A stretch of DNA of 64,000 nucleotides from NCBI GenBank assembly GCA_918797485.1, contig CAKKNE010000001.1:992001-1056000 (forward strand), in the 5' to 3' direction. Source of the stretch: Pelagomonas calceolata (lineage: Eukaryota). The notes under the pieces were generated by a model. That model was not told the DNA's origin, made no database searches, and saw nothing but the letters and a program-made list of their open reading frames with translations. The position numbers and the translations under genes were made by a program. This document shows, in pieces, positions 10,834-20,546 of this stretch (positions are counted from its first letter, which is position 1; every line of letters begins with the position of its first letter).

Positions 10834-11190
10834 CGCGTACTAAGGAGCTCTTGTTGGTCCTTGGTCCTTGCGCGTCCGGGGCGTCTCCGCGGTGTTGGAA
10901 CGAGGAACTTGCGACTTGGTACTTGCCGGTGCGGGACTGCTCGATTCGCAAGCGTGGTCCCGGCCAGGATAACGGTGCCGGGAGAAGCGTGCGCTCCGAC
11001 CCACGCTAGTAGGTAATAAGCGAAACCGCCGCTAGTGGCCATCGTCCCAGCGCCATCGACGCGAGCGCCGAGCGGGGCAGCCCCTCAGCCGTGCGGCCCG
11101 TCCCCACGCGTAACGCGGACCGCTCGACGCCGGCGCCGCGCCGCAGAACGCGCCGCCGCGCGCCAGCCAGACCAGAGACAGGCAGCAGCC

Positions 11191-12777
11191 ATGGACATGG
11201 AGGAGGAGCGCAACCCCTTCACGCTGCCCTCCGATGAGGAGGTCTTCAAGATGCGCGACGAGGAGAAGCGGCGGAAGAAGGAGTACCGGGAGACGCAGTC
11301 GAAGCTGAAAGTCTGGGAAAAAACGACGCGCGGGAAGTTGCCGACCGGCGCTGAAAGGCTGCGGCAGCTCATCGGGGAGGAGGCCGCGGCGAAGCCCAAG
11401 ACGCGGAAGGCCAAGGTCAAGGGCGAAGGTCAACTCGCGAAACAACCGGACGCGCTGGAACGGCGCGGGGAGCGCGAGTGCATGGCCGAGTTTCTCGCGA
11501 AGAAGAAAGAAATGTTTTATACACAACTCTCACTAGATGTGAAGCGCGAGGAGATCCAGAAGCTCCAGGACAAGGCGACGCAGAAGGAGGAAGCACTTAG
11601 GCGTAGTGAGCAGAAGCTCGAGGAGGATGCCATAAGGTTCGACACGTTCCTCAAGGAAAACGACAAGCGCGCCCACGACGCCGTCAAGGAGGCCGAGGCG
11701 GCGACCAAGAAGAAGAATGATAAAGTGCAGGAGATTAAACGACTGAACCAGCAACTACAAGCCGTTTCCAGCGAGATGTCCAAACAAAGAGAAGCTTTAG
11801 ATGACTGTCTTAAATACAGAGAGTTCCTCGACGGATTGACGCCGGAGGTCCACTTCGAGGAGAACAAGAAGCTGAAACGAGAAAGGCAGGAAGCGCGGCG
11901 GCAACGTAGAATCGCGAAGCGCGTCGAGGCCGAGGAGGCGCGGCGGCGAGACGACTACGAGCATGAATTAGCGGCGGCCCAAGCGGCGGCATCGTCACCT
12001 AAAAGGAAAGGCAAGAAGAATAAGGTGGCTCCGGAATCTCCCAAAGTGAAGCCTCCTGAGGATGTCGATCCATCAATGTTCGACGACGAGCCCCTTACCA
12101 GCAGTGACGAGGAGTGCCCCATGTACTTCAAACAACCAAGGCAACTACTGGACATCTTCGAGGAGCTCGAGGAGCAGAATTTGTTTCTCATCCAGAACTG
12201 CCAGGAAACCGAACGCCAGGCCGAGGAGCTCAAGCAACAATTCGCGGATACTCAGACGGAGACCGATGCGAAGGCTGCCTCACAACGGAAGCAAATTCGC
12301 GAGCTCAACAAGGCCATCGACGAGGAGGAGGCGAAGACGGAGAAACTCGAGTTGAGGATGGCGTCGGCCGGGACGGATTCACAACAAGCGGAGCTGCTGC
12401 GGAAATTGAATGATACGACTGCAAGAGTCTATGAGCAGTGCGGCTTCGGCGACGGCGGCGGTCAGACTCTGACCATGCTCGCTGATTTGGAAGCGAGACT
12501 GGAGCAATTATTGGATCATGTGGAAACGTTACCTCCAGATTATGTCGCGAAGGCAGAAAAGTACAAGGAAAAGAAGCGGCGCGAGCGGAATCGCATCGAG
12601 GCCCAGAAGGTCGCCGACGCGGAGCGCGAAGAGAAGAATCGGAAGTCGGTGGAGAGGAGTATGCAGCCCCCGAAGAAGCGGACGGGCCGCATGGTCATGC
12701 ACCGCTCTAGGCCTCCTAGAAAAAAGGTCGACGTCGAGGTCGACGAGGTCAACGACGACGACAAGTACCTGACGTGA
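11191..12777 (+). CDS. CFAP100: Cilia- and flagella-associated protein 100-like (CCDC37/DUF4200)
   Basis: NPFTLPSDEEVF, KKKEMFYTQLSLDVKREEI, LEEDAIRFDTFLKEND, MYFKQPRQLLDIFEELEEQNLFLIQNCQ. Confidence 0.85.
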   Translation: MDMEEERNPFTLPSDEEVFKMRDEEKRRKKEYRETQSKLKVWEKTTRGKLPTGAERLRQLIGEEAAAKPKTRKAKVKGEGQLAKQPDALERRGERECMAEFLAKKKEMFYTQLSLDVKREEIQKLQDKATQKEEALRRSEQKLEEDAIRFDTFLKENDKRAHDAVKEAEAATKKKNDKVQEIKRLNQQLQAVSSEMSKQREALDDCLKYREFLDGLTPEVHFEENKKLKRERQEARRQRRIAKRVEAEEARRRDDYEHELAAAQAAASSPKRKGKKNKVAPESPKVKPPEDVDPSMFDDEPLTSSDEECPMYFKQPRQLLDIFEELEEQNLFLIQNCQETERQAEELKQQFADTQTETDAKAASQRKQIRELNKAIDEEEAKTEKLELRMASAGTDSQQAELLRKLNDTTARVYEQCGFGDGGGQTLTMLADLEARLEQLLDHVETLPPDYVAKAEKYKEKKRRERNRIEAQKVADAEREEKNRKSVERSMQPPKKRTGRMVMHRSRPPRKKVDVEVDEVNDDDKYLT

Positions 12778-12959
12778 GTAACTTGGCCTTAGTCTTCTCG
12801 TCGACGGCGTCTGGGAGCCGCGCGGAGTATCTGCCGCGTGGAGTATCTGCCGCATGGTGTGCGTATTGGCCGCGCCTGGAGGCCAGCAATATGTCTTTTA
12901 CGGTGCTAGGACTAGTGGGCGGGGCCCCTGCCCAGGGCTGGGGGCAAGCCAAAATTTGC

Positions 12960-12982
12960 GCTAGTGTCTTACGCCCGCTAGC
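12960..12982 (+). promoter_or_regulatory. Upstream double-CTAG motif copy (GCTAGTGTCTTACGCCCGCTAGC)
   Basis: Consensus match about 90 bp upstream of ATG 13074. Confidence 0.6.
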
Positions 12983-13073
12983 GTGCATTTGTGCGCATGG
13001 CAATTTTCGTGTCGTACGTGGCCGTACAGACACCTTCGGGCCCGATTCATCGCACATCAGCTGCCTGGGCTAC

Positions 13074-14399
13074 ATGCGACGAGCCGTGGCTGTGCTTGCC
13101 TTCAGTTGCTCCACTGCTCTCCACATCAGACCTCTGCGCCAGCGCAGCAGTGCACCAAAAAACGACAGCGGCGCGCCGGCGTTGCGAAGAACTCGCAGCA
13201 CCATTGCGCTCGCGCTGCGCCGCGTTTCTGCGCCGATCAAGTCTGCAATCAGCGCCGCTGCAGTTGCTGTGCTATCCGTGCTCACGGTCGGGGCGTTAAC
13301 CCTAACACCGCCGGACACCCTCGAGAAGGCATCGATGGCGCCGTTCGCCTGGCATTTGTTCTGGCGCCGCGTGACGCGGCCCGAAGCCGCTCAAGCCGAG
13401 GCGCGATTGTTAGACCTCGGCCTCGGCGCGGGACGGTGGCGCCGCAGCGACACCGCCGCGAGCTCGGCACCGGACGACTACGTTCATTCGGTCTCCATCG
13501 ACGGTACCGGCGATGCGACGCTCGTCATGGTCCACGGTTTGGCAAATGGTGGTGGCATCTTCACGCGCAACCTGAGGCCGCTCTCCGCCGCGTTCGCCAG
13601 AATACACGCCGTCGACTGGCGCGGCGCGGGCCTCTCGGGCCGGCCGACGTACGAGCCGGACGACCACGACTCCGCGCGCGACTTTTTGGTTGATGGACTC
13701 GAGGCCTGGCGGGCCAAGGAGGGAGTCGATCGTATGGTACTCCTGGGCCACTCAATGGGTGGCTTGATCTCCGCCCATTACGCGTCGCGTTACCCCGAGC
13801 GCGTGGACCACCTAGTGTTAGTAGGGCCGGCGGCCGTCCAAGCGAGGCCGCGCCGCGTCCAGCCCGGGGAATCAAGAATGTATGATTTAGCTGAGCAGCT
13901 GTGGAAGGACGGGTACACGCCGTCGGGCTTCCTGAACTTTTTAGGGCCCTGGGGCAAGCGGTTGGTTGAAAGATATGCGGTCCGGCGGTACGGTCTGGCG
14001 GACGAGGAATATAATGAGGCGTTAGCTGATTACATTTATGCGATCCAAAGCCTGGGTATTGGCTCGGCGGCCTCGATGAACCAGCTGCTCGCGCCGATCG
14101 CCCAGCCCAAGGTTCCCATCGCGCCTATTGTGGAGAAGCTGCCGATGCCCGTGACGTATATTTACGGTGAGCACGATTGGATGGATCCGCGAAGCGGCGT
14201 GGCCTCTGCGGCCCGATGCCGCGTCGACGGCGTTGCACGGGTGCTCCCGGGCGGCGGCCACTACATCTTCATCGACCAGCCCGAGTTGTTCGAAAACGCG
14301 TTGCTCGACCGAGTCGCGCCCGGCGCGCCTCATCGCGTGGCCGTCCGGCATCCGACCCCTGCAGGAGCGACGCCGGCCGGCGCGGCCTATTCTAAGTGA
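13074..14399 (+). CDS. Alpha/beta hydrolase, ABHD4/5 (CGI-58/CLD1)-like
   Basis: MVHG, VDWRGAGLSGRP, GHSMGG nucleophile motif, YGEHDWMD, GHYIFID (HX4D). Confidence 0.85.
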   Translation: MRRAVAVLAFSCSTALHIRPLRQRSSAPKNDSGAPALRRTRSTIALALRRVSAPIKSAISAAAVAVLSVLTVGALTLTPPDTLEKASMAPFAWHLFWRRVTRPEAAQAEARLLDLGLGAGRWRRSDTAASSAPDDYVHSVSIDGTGDATLVMVHGLANGGGIFTRNLRPLSAAFARIHAVDWRGAGLSGRPTYEPDDHDSARDFLVDGLEAWRAKEGVDRMVLLGHSMGGLISAHYASRYPERVDHLVLVGPAAVQARPRRVQPGESRMYDLAEQLWKDGYTPSGFLNFLGPWGKRLVERYAVRRYGLADEEYNEALADYIYAIQSLGIGSAASMNQLLAPIAQPKVPIAPIVEKLPMPVTYIYGEHDWMDPRSGVASAARCRVDGVARVLPGGGHYIFIDQPELFENALLDRVAPGAPHRVAVRHPTPAGATPAGAAYSK

Positions 14400-14427
14400 T
14401 TGTTGTACACAACTTACCACAGATCTA

Positions 14428-15624
14428 TCACACACACCGCCGCTGGAAGTCGTCCACGCCGCGCGCGAGCAGCTCCCGCGCGACCAGGCCCTGAGGCATG
14501 TTCAGGTTCAACCGCGGCTGGCGCGACAGCAGCTGCTCGAACGACGTCGAGCAGTTCTCGCCGCGCGCGAAGCGCTGGTGCGCGACGAGCGACGTCCACG
14601 TGCTATCGGCCGTCCCCACGAAGGCGGCGGCCCGCTCGCACATTTCTTGTTCGACGAGCGACGTCATATAGTTGTCCTGATCGCCGACCGACGCGGATTC
14701 CGAATTCAACGAGCCGTTCCGCAAGAACCCGAGTAACGCGGCGCCCTCGCTCCGGAAGGGTCCCTGCCGCAGGGCCACGCGCGACACATAAATGTCGGCG
14801 ACGCCCACCGCCTTTGATGCCTCTCGCAGCGTCTCGGCGAGGCGCCGCGTGGCCACGTAGCCGGCCTTCACGGGCGGGCACGAGACCTGGGGCGCCCGGA
14901 CGCTGCCCCCGTCGCGACACCGCTGCGCGTTCTCGACTCTCCTGATATGCGCGCAGAGGTAGGGCCGGTCGCCAAACAGCTTTGTCCTCAGTTGAGCAGC
15001 CTTTTCGCGTATCGCCGGCGCCCGCCTTAACGCGCGGACGGCTTGGAGCGTCCGGGGCTTCCTCAGGGCGCGCTGTCCGTAGAGCCCGTTCATGGACGCC
15101 CAGAGCGCAGCGCCGAGGACCCGATCGTTGTAGTTCTCGCTCAAACATCGCGCGAAGGAGCCCCACGTTTTCTCCCGCGCTCGACAGCGCTGGCGCGCCG
15201 CCGGCGTCAGCAGCGGCGTCGACGTCGCTTGCGTGGCGCACCAGCCGCCCCGTATCCCGGCCATGCCGCAGATGACGCGGAGCTCGTGTTTTGGTTTTTT
15301 TGCGCCGCCGGCCGCCACGATCGTCGTACCTGCCTCGCCCATGTCTTTCGTAGAAACGACGTCGACGAATCTCTTGACCGCATCAACGTCAAAGGTCGCT
15401 CTGAACGCGTGGACGCGCTGGCGGTCGCCGCCGCCGGGCCAGGACAGAAAGGGCGCGAGGACTATTTTCCTTCTCAAAGCTTTTGCGAGCACCATGCTCT
15501 CGAGGAACTGTTGATATTGATTGTTCGGGCCGCCCTGGATCATGATTGGGTACAAGAGCTTCTTTTCAGCGACCGGTGGCGCCGCCGCGGCGACGGCGGC
15601 GACGACGTGCGGCCAGCAGCGCAT
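14428..15624 (-). CDS. O-fucosyltransferase family protein
   Basis: GGPNNQ, YLCAHIRR and VEQEMCERAAAFVGTADSTWT motifs; N-terminal signal. Confidence 0.8.
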   Translation of the reverse strand: MRCWPHVVAAVAAAAPPVAEKKLLYPIMIQGGPNNQYQQFLESMVLAKALRRKIVLAPFLSWPGGGDRQRVHAFRATFDVDAVKRFVDVVSTKDMGEAGTTIVAAGGAKKPKHELRVICGMAGIRGGWCATQATSTPLLTPAARQRCRAREKTWGSFARCLSENYNDRVLGAALWASMNGLYGQRALRKPRTLQAVRALRRAPAIREKAAQLRTKLFGDRPYLCAHIRRVENAQRCRDGGSVRAPQVSCPPVKAGYVATRRLAETLREASKAVGVADIYVSRVALRQGPFRSEGAALLGFLRNGSLNSESASVGDQDNYMTSLVEQEMCERAAAFVGTADSTWTSLVAHQRFARGENCSTSFEQLLSRQPRLNLNMPQGLVARELLARGVDDFQRRCV

Positions 15625-15763
15625 GGCTCACACAGCCGCACGGATGGAAACCGCGGCTGCTGCTGGCGCGGGCTCACACGGACGATCGTTTGCACTTGTT
15701 AGGCCGTGCTGGCTTCATTGCTTTGAGGTGTTTTGCTAACTTTGCTTTGCCTGCCTGCTTGCT

Positions 15764-15788
15764 CTAGAGTGTCTTACAGGACGCTAGC
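15764..15788 (+). promoter_or_regulatory. Upstream double-CTAG motif copy
   Basis: CTAGAGTGTCTTACAGGACGCTAGC, 140 bp upstream of start 15624(-). Confidence 0.6.
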
Positions 15789-15857
15789 GCGATTTTGAAT
15801 CAGCCGTCACACCTCGAATAAACATTCGTATTAAAAATATCCGTCCGGCGCGGCGCG

Positions 15858-16302
15858 TCACCGTCGGTTCGTCTGGACCTGGCGGATCTGCTCGTCGCGG
15901 TAGCCGCCGCCCTTGCCCCGGCCGCACTCGTACTTGCAGATCTGACTGCCCTTGTACTGCATGACCGCCGAGTCTCGCGTTGAGGACTATGGCCGCGTCG
16001 TACTTCCTGAGCGCGGCGCGTTCCACGTCCGTATCGAGGGCGGCGTACATGTCCCGCTTGGACTTGAACGGGCCGCGCTTGACGAGCTTGGTCCCGACGG
16101 TGGGGAAGAGGCCGGGGTACGCGGAAAACTCGCGGGCCATGGCATTGTTCACGTCGATCTTGGCGTTCGCCGGCAGCGCGACGAATGCGCCCGCGACCGC
16201 CGCGGCACCGAACGCGCGCCGCGACTTCTCCACGAGCGGCAGCGGCGCGTTGGACGGCCTCAGAGCTGCGGCTGAGGTTATTAGGCTTAACAAGAGACGC
16301 AT
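15858..16302 (-). CDS. psbU: PsbU-like photosystem II extrinsic protein, apparent frameshift near 15975
   Basis: Signal plus RR lumen peptide, then KIDVNNA..REF..YPGLFPTVG..LVKRGPF. A coding-like C-terminus continues in another frame to TGA 15858. Confidence 0.7.
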
Positions 16303-16505
16303 TGAAGCGGCTGTCAGCTGTTCTCAGTGCACGCAAATTGCACCTAGGCCTCAGAACGCAGCCGAGGGGCTGCACGCAAATTGTCGCGCCTGCTGATAAG
16401 TGACAAGGCGCGGAGACCTTTCAATCGTCCACCTGGGTCGTGCGGCGTGAGACAGGGCAGCAATCAGGCAGCAATCTGCCGTCAAATGATCGGCCGTAAA
16501 AGTGG

Positions 16506-16530
16506 AGCTAGCGGCATGTAAGGCACTAGC
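16506..16530 (-). promoter_or_regulatory. Upstream double-CTAG motif copy (GCTAGTGCCTTACATGCCGCTAGCT)
   Basis: Between divergent starts 16302(-) and 16666(+). Confidence 0.65.
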
Positions 16531-16665
16531 AAGCAGCCGGCAGTCGACTGCATCTCTTGCGTACTGCTGTTATAGATGCCACCAGGGCATTCCTGACTCT
16601 ATTTCCAGCGTTTTTGACCTAACGCCAGCCTGCGCGTGGAGCGAAAGGCGGAGTGACGCGCAAAA

Positions 16666-17322
16666 ATGGGCAGGCAGCCAGACGCCGCCGAGGCGCTGCG
16701 AAAACTCGACGCCGCATTCGCAAAGGAATCCCCGCGCCTCTGCAAGGAACTCAACGCGCGGGACCCGACGACCGTCCTGGGCCTCGCGACGAATCTCTGG
16801 CCCGGGGCGCGCCAAGCGAAGGTCACGGGCGTCATGCGCGAGCGGTTGCTGATCGGCGCGACGGGGTTTTCGCCCATCCGCGAGGAACTGGCGTACCCCT
16901 TCGAGCCGCCACTCGAGTCCGTCGAGGAGGTCCCCAAACGCTTCGCGGCGTTGCGCGGCGAGGCGCTGCGGCCGGCCTTCGACGTTATCGCGATACCTCT
17001 CGTTTTCATGGCGACGAGTCTGCTGGGCGCCCACTTCACGACGTGGCATATCTTCGCTTGGGTGCGGGCGCTGGCCCGCTACTTGTTTCGAGGGTATGCC
17101 TCGGCCGTCATGGAGCTCTGCGTCAACTTTATGTTTGCGGCGCATGCGGCCGAAGCCGCGTACGCCGGAGCGCTCGCCCACTCGCTCGGCCTGGACGCGC
17201 GGTCCGTGATGGGCTGGACGCTGCGGACGTTCCTCGCCGGCGTCGGCGCGCTCGGGCGGCTGACGCGGCTCGCTAATACAACAACGCTGCCGGGCTATGA
17301 GAAATGTGGAGTAAAATACTAA
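16666..17322 (+). CDS. Membrane protein with TMEM254-like C-terminus
   Basis: AHAAEAAYA...LGL...W..RTFLAGVGAL pattern; hydrophobic helices. Confidence 0.55.
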   Translation: MGRQPDAAEALRKLDAAFAKESPRLCKELNARDPTTVLGLATNLWPGARQAKVTGVMRERLLIGATGFSPIREELAYPFEPPLESVEEVPKRFAALRGEALRPAFDVIAIPLVFMATSLLGAHFTTWHIFAWVRALARYLFRGYASAVMELCVNFMFAAHAAEAAYAGALAHSLGLDARSVMGWTLRTFLAGVGALGRLTRLANTTTLPGYEKCGVKY

Positions 17323-17723
17323 CTGTTACCACCATCCCATATAGAAGGGCAGTCCCGGTCCTCCTTGAGGGTGAACTTCGCCTGCCCCAGGCCCTCCTTC
17401 CGCTTGTTGCGCTGGCGCGTGGTCTCGTCGGCCGACCGCTTCTTCGACTTCACAAATTTGACGGGCGCGGGCTTCGTGGGGTCTTCCACGACGGCGGGCT
17501 TGGCCGCCGCGGCGCGCTGCCGCTCGGCCTCCTCACGACGTGCGGCGGCGGCGCGCTCGGCGTCCTCCGCCTCGGCTTTCGCTCGCGCGGCGGCCTCGCG
17601 TTTTGCTACCGACGATTCCAACGAGTGGTCTGACGTCGCTATGCCATCTATTCTGGCTTTCTTGGTCGGCTGCGGCGCGTCGCAGAGCGGTATTTCGCTT
17701 AGGTCTGAATCGGAGTCGCTCAT
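17319..17723 (-). CDS. Small hypothetical charged protein
   Basis: MSDSDSDL...KRKEGLGQAKFTLKEDRDCP; coding-like codon usage. Confidence 0.65.
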   Translation of the reverse strand: MSDSDSDLSEIPLCDAPQPTKKARIDGIATSDHSLESSVAKREAAARAKAEAEDAERAAAARREEAERQRAAAAKPAVVEDPTKPAPVKFVKSKKRSADETTRQRNKRKEGLGQAKFTLKEDRDCPSIWDGGNS

Positions 17724-18141
17724 GGCTCCCACGTCTGCTCTTAGCGTCAGCACGGCTTGCCAGCGGCCCAAGGAGGATCAATGATTAAACGTACGAACGC
17801 CAGCGCCGCGTGCAGCCTACTAAAGGACTGCTGCCATATTCCTAGTATGTCAATACACGCTAGCTGCCTTTTACGAGGCAAATTGCGCGTAGGTCGAATA
17901 CGTACGCGTTAAGCGCGTCGCGGGACTTCTACGGTCACCACCAATCGCGCTGTGGCCACTGCGCCCCACGCTTAACTCCGTACGGCGACTGCACACATTG
18001 CTCTCCGTGCTCTGCTCTCAGGCGCAGCTCGCTCGTCACACCGCTGCACACTGACATCCATTGTGCACACTAACATGGACGTCTCTGCACAAGCGTTCCG
18101 AGACAGATGGTCATTAAGCGACTGTTGACTTGACGGGACTA

Positions 18142-18786
18142 ATGGCCGCGACGGTGCCCCATCGATCATCCAGATTCACCATCGGTCCCTTGGAGCTGGA
18201 AACGACCGCCGGCGAATTGCAGGACGACAGTGAGGACACCTCCGGTCGCGCGGCCTGGACCGCCGGCTGCAAGCTGGCCGAGTTACTGCTGCTGGAGGAC
18301 AAGTCGTCCGTGCGTGAGTGGGTCGCACCGGGCGCGCGCGTGCTTGAGTTAGGATGCGGCTGTGGGGTAGCAGGTTGCGCCGTCGCGGCGCGCGACCCGG
18401 CCGCGCACGTCCTCTTCACCGACAGCAATACGGCGTGCCTAGACACGGCGGCGCGTAACGCCTCCCGCTTCGGAACGCGGTGTTCGACGTCGGTGCTCCG
18501 CTGGGGCGACGTCGACGCGGCCTCGAAGATTGCCACGACGTTCCGACCAATGCTCGTCATCGGTACGGACGTCGGCTACGACCCGTCGTCGCACGGGGCC
18601 CTCGTCAGAACGCTCGCCGCCCTGCGCGCCGAGGTGGTGCTCGTCGAGCAGGTGCGGTACCGCGACGTGTTTGGGTGGTTCCTCGACGAGCTCGAACGGG
18701 CGGGCTTCGCGCTGGCCGGGCGCGTCGACGACGTCGGGGAGAGGGTGTGCTGTATGCGTTTTTGTATCAACACGAATGATTCTTAA
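18142..18786 (+). CDS. Methyltransf_16 (METTL21-like) SAM-dependent methyltransferase
   Basis: SGRAAW, VLELGCGCG, LFTD, LRWGD, IGTDVGY motifs. Confidence 0.85.
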   Translation: MAATVPHRSSRFTIGPLELETTAGELQDDSEDTSGRAAWTAGCKLAELLLLEDKSSVREWVAPGARVLELGCGCGVAGCAVAARDPAAHVLFTDSNTACLDTAARNASRFGTRCSTSVLRWGDVDAASKIATTFRPMLVIGTDVGYDPSSHGALVRTLAALRAEVVLVEQVRYRDVFGWFLDELERAGFALAGRVDDVGERVCCMRFCINTNDS

Positions 18787-18875
18787 ACGACGCCTAGGGC
18801 TCGCTCAGAGGGGGGAATGTAGTCAAAGGGTAGGGGAGAGAGGGGGAATGTAGCTTGTGGAGATCTCGAGAGAAT

Positions 18876-19166
18876 CTACCACTCGCCGCCGATGAGGTCG
18901 GAGGCGTATTCGAAGCCCGCGGTGCCGATGCCCGCACAGAGCGCTTCCCCGGCGGCGACGGCGCCCGTGAAGTGCATGCCTCCATCCAAACGCGACGCGC
19001 CGCAGGCCGCCGCGAGCGCGTCGACCGTGGCGTACGTGAGCGTGACATCTTGAGCCGGCGTCGTGCCGGGCTCGACCTTCGACGAGCCCGCGGGCGCGAC
19101 GTACTGGAGCGGCGGCAGCGTGACGCCCGTGGCCGCGAGGAAGGCGGTCGCATAGTCCTTGATGCC
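18876..19166 (-). pseudogene. 3' fragment of a vanadium-dependent haloperoxidase (PAP2 superfamily)
   Basis: Start-less 96-aa frame AGSSKVEPGTTPAQDVTLTY...CGASRLDGGMHF..AVAAG..L..GIG, preceded by TAA; not in the ORF track. Confidence 0.75.
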
Positions 19167-19521
19167 TTAGGATGGTTAGCTTCATCTTTTGATAGTGTTG
19201 TTGATTGTGGTGTTGATAGTGGTCTAGCGGTTTGTTTTTGGGCTTACTTCAAGAGCAGTTTCAGTCGTTGTATCGGTTGGTCCTCTCTGACGACTTGACA
19301 CGTCTAGCGCGTCGATTCGTAGCGAATTAAGGCGTCGAGAGCATCGGGCCTGCAGAGGCCATAAAGCCGAGGCGAAAATCACGAAGGCCAAGATAGTGCT
19401 CTCAGCACGCATAGTAATCATCCGCATGCCCACCAACGAGGTGGGAGCGAAGCCGGGCCGTATATTTTGCGTTTGGGTTGCGTCCGTCGGTGCATGATTA
19501 TCCACAAAGTACATGATTAAT

Positions 19522-20415
19522 CTACAACGCCTCCCCCTTGGCCAGGATCTGCGAATACTGCGCAGAGCGAGCAAACCTGTCCAACTCCGCGACGCGCCGG
19601 ATGGGCAGCGGGTGCGTCGCGTCCGCGAGCATGCGGCCCTGCATCGTGCGCACGAAGCGACTGGACTTCTCCAAGGCCTCGTCGTACTCGCGGGCCTGCT
19701 GCAGGTAAGCCTCAACGTCGACGGGCCTTGTCGAACCGCTCGCGAGCTTGATGAGCGCCTCGCTGACCACCGCGGCGTCCTGCGTCACGAGCAGGGCGGC
19801 GCGGTCGCACGAAAACTCCGCCGCGCGGCGCCACTCCTGCTGGAGGCGCTCGGCCGCCGCGCCGACGCCCGGCAGCGGCGGCAGCAAGGTCGAGCCGATG
19901 CTCCCGAGGGAGAACCACAGCGAGTGCTCGCACACGAGGTGGCCGAGCTCGTGGCCCAACACGGCCTGAGTCTCGGCTGCCGAGAACCCATCCACGAGCG
20001 CCGACGTCACCACGACAAAGGGCGCGCCACCGCGCAGGGCCAGCGTGTACGCGTTCGGGCGAGGATCGCTCTTGACAAATAATTCGGGCTCCGGCTTGAG
20101 CCCGCCGAGGCACGCGATGGCCTCCTGGAAGCTCGCGTGGAGCTCGGGATACTGTTTTTCGCTGACCTTGACGCCCGTCGCGAGGTTGTCCAGGCGCGTC
20201 ATCTGTTCGAGGGGCGGAGCAAGACCCGTCCGCACCGCAGTCTCGAGAAACCGCAGCGGCGAGCGCTGCACGGACGCCGTCAGGTCTTTGTCTAAGGGGT
20301 GACGGAAGGCCTCAGCCTTGAGGTGCGGGAGCTTGACGCGCGTCGATGGCGTCTGAGTGGTCGCAGAGAGCGCGCTGGCTGCTGCCAGGCACGCGGCGGA
20401 GAGTATCAGCTGCAT
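19522..20415 (-). CDS. M48 (HtpX/Ste24-like) zinc metallopeptidase
   Basis: PNAY, LGHELGH, AEFSCDR and THP motifs; targeting peptide. Confidence 0.9.
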   Translation of the reverse strand: MQLILSAACLAAASALSATTQTPSTRVKLPHLKAEAFRHPLDKDLTASVQRSPLRFLETAVRTGLAPPLEQMTRLDNLATGVKVSEKQYPELHASFQEAIACLGGLKPEPELFVKSDPRPNAYTLALRGGAPFVVVTSALVDGFSAAETQAVLGHELGHLVCEHSLWFSLGSIGSTLLPPLPGVGAAAERLQQEWRRAAEFSCDRAALLVTQDAAVVSEALIKLASGSTRPVDVEAYLQQAREYDEALEKSSRFVRTMQGRMLADATHPLPIRRVAELDRFARSAQYSQILAKGEAL

Positions 20416-20546
20416 TATTCGAGCGATAACTGATCGATAACCCCGCCGCGTTTTCCCGTGCCAGCTCTGCAGCGCAAGCTAGCGTGAGTATAGCTACTAG
20501 AAAAAAAAACCAGGAGCTAAGATTCGGAATATACAACAAAAATATC

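Noticed and set aside
12774..12853. GTGAGT donor overlapping the CFAP100 stop, plus a 14-bp tandem repeat (12824, 12840)
   Set aside because: I found no convincing downstream exon and the protein looks complete; it cannot be resolved without RNA data.
20339..20353. Core motif inside the M48 peptidase leader (also near 11051)
   Set aside because: It is in frame or upstream with no TIR, TSD or splice need, and may be chance in GC-rich DNA.
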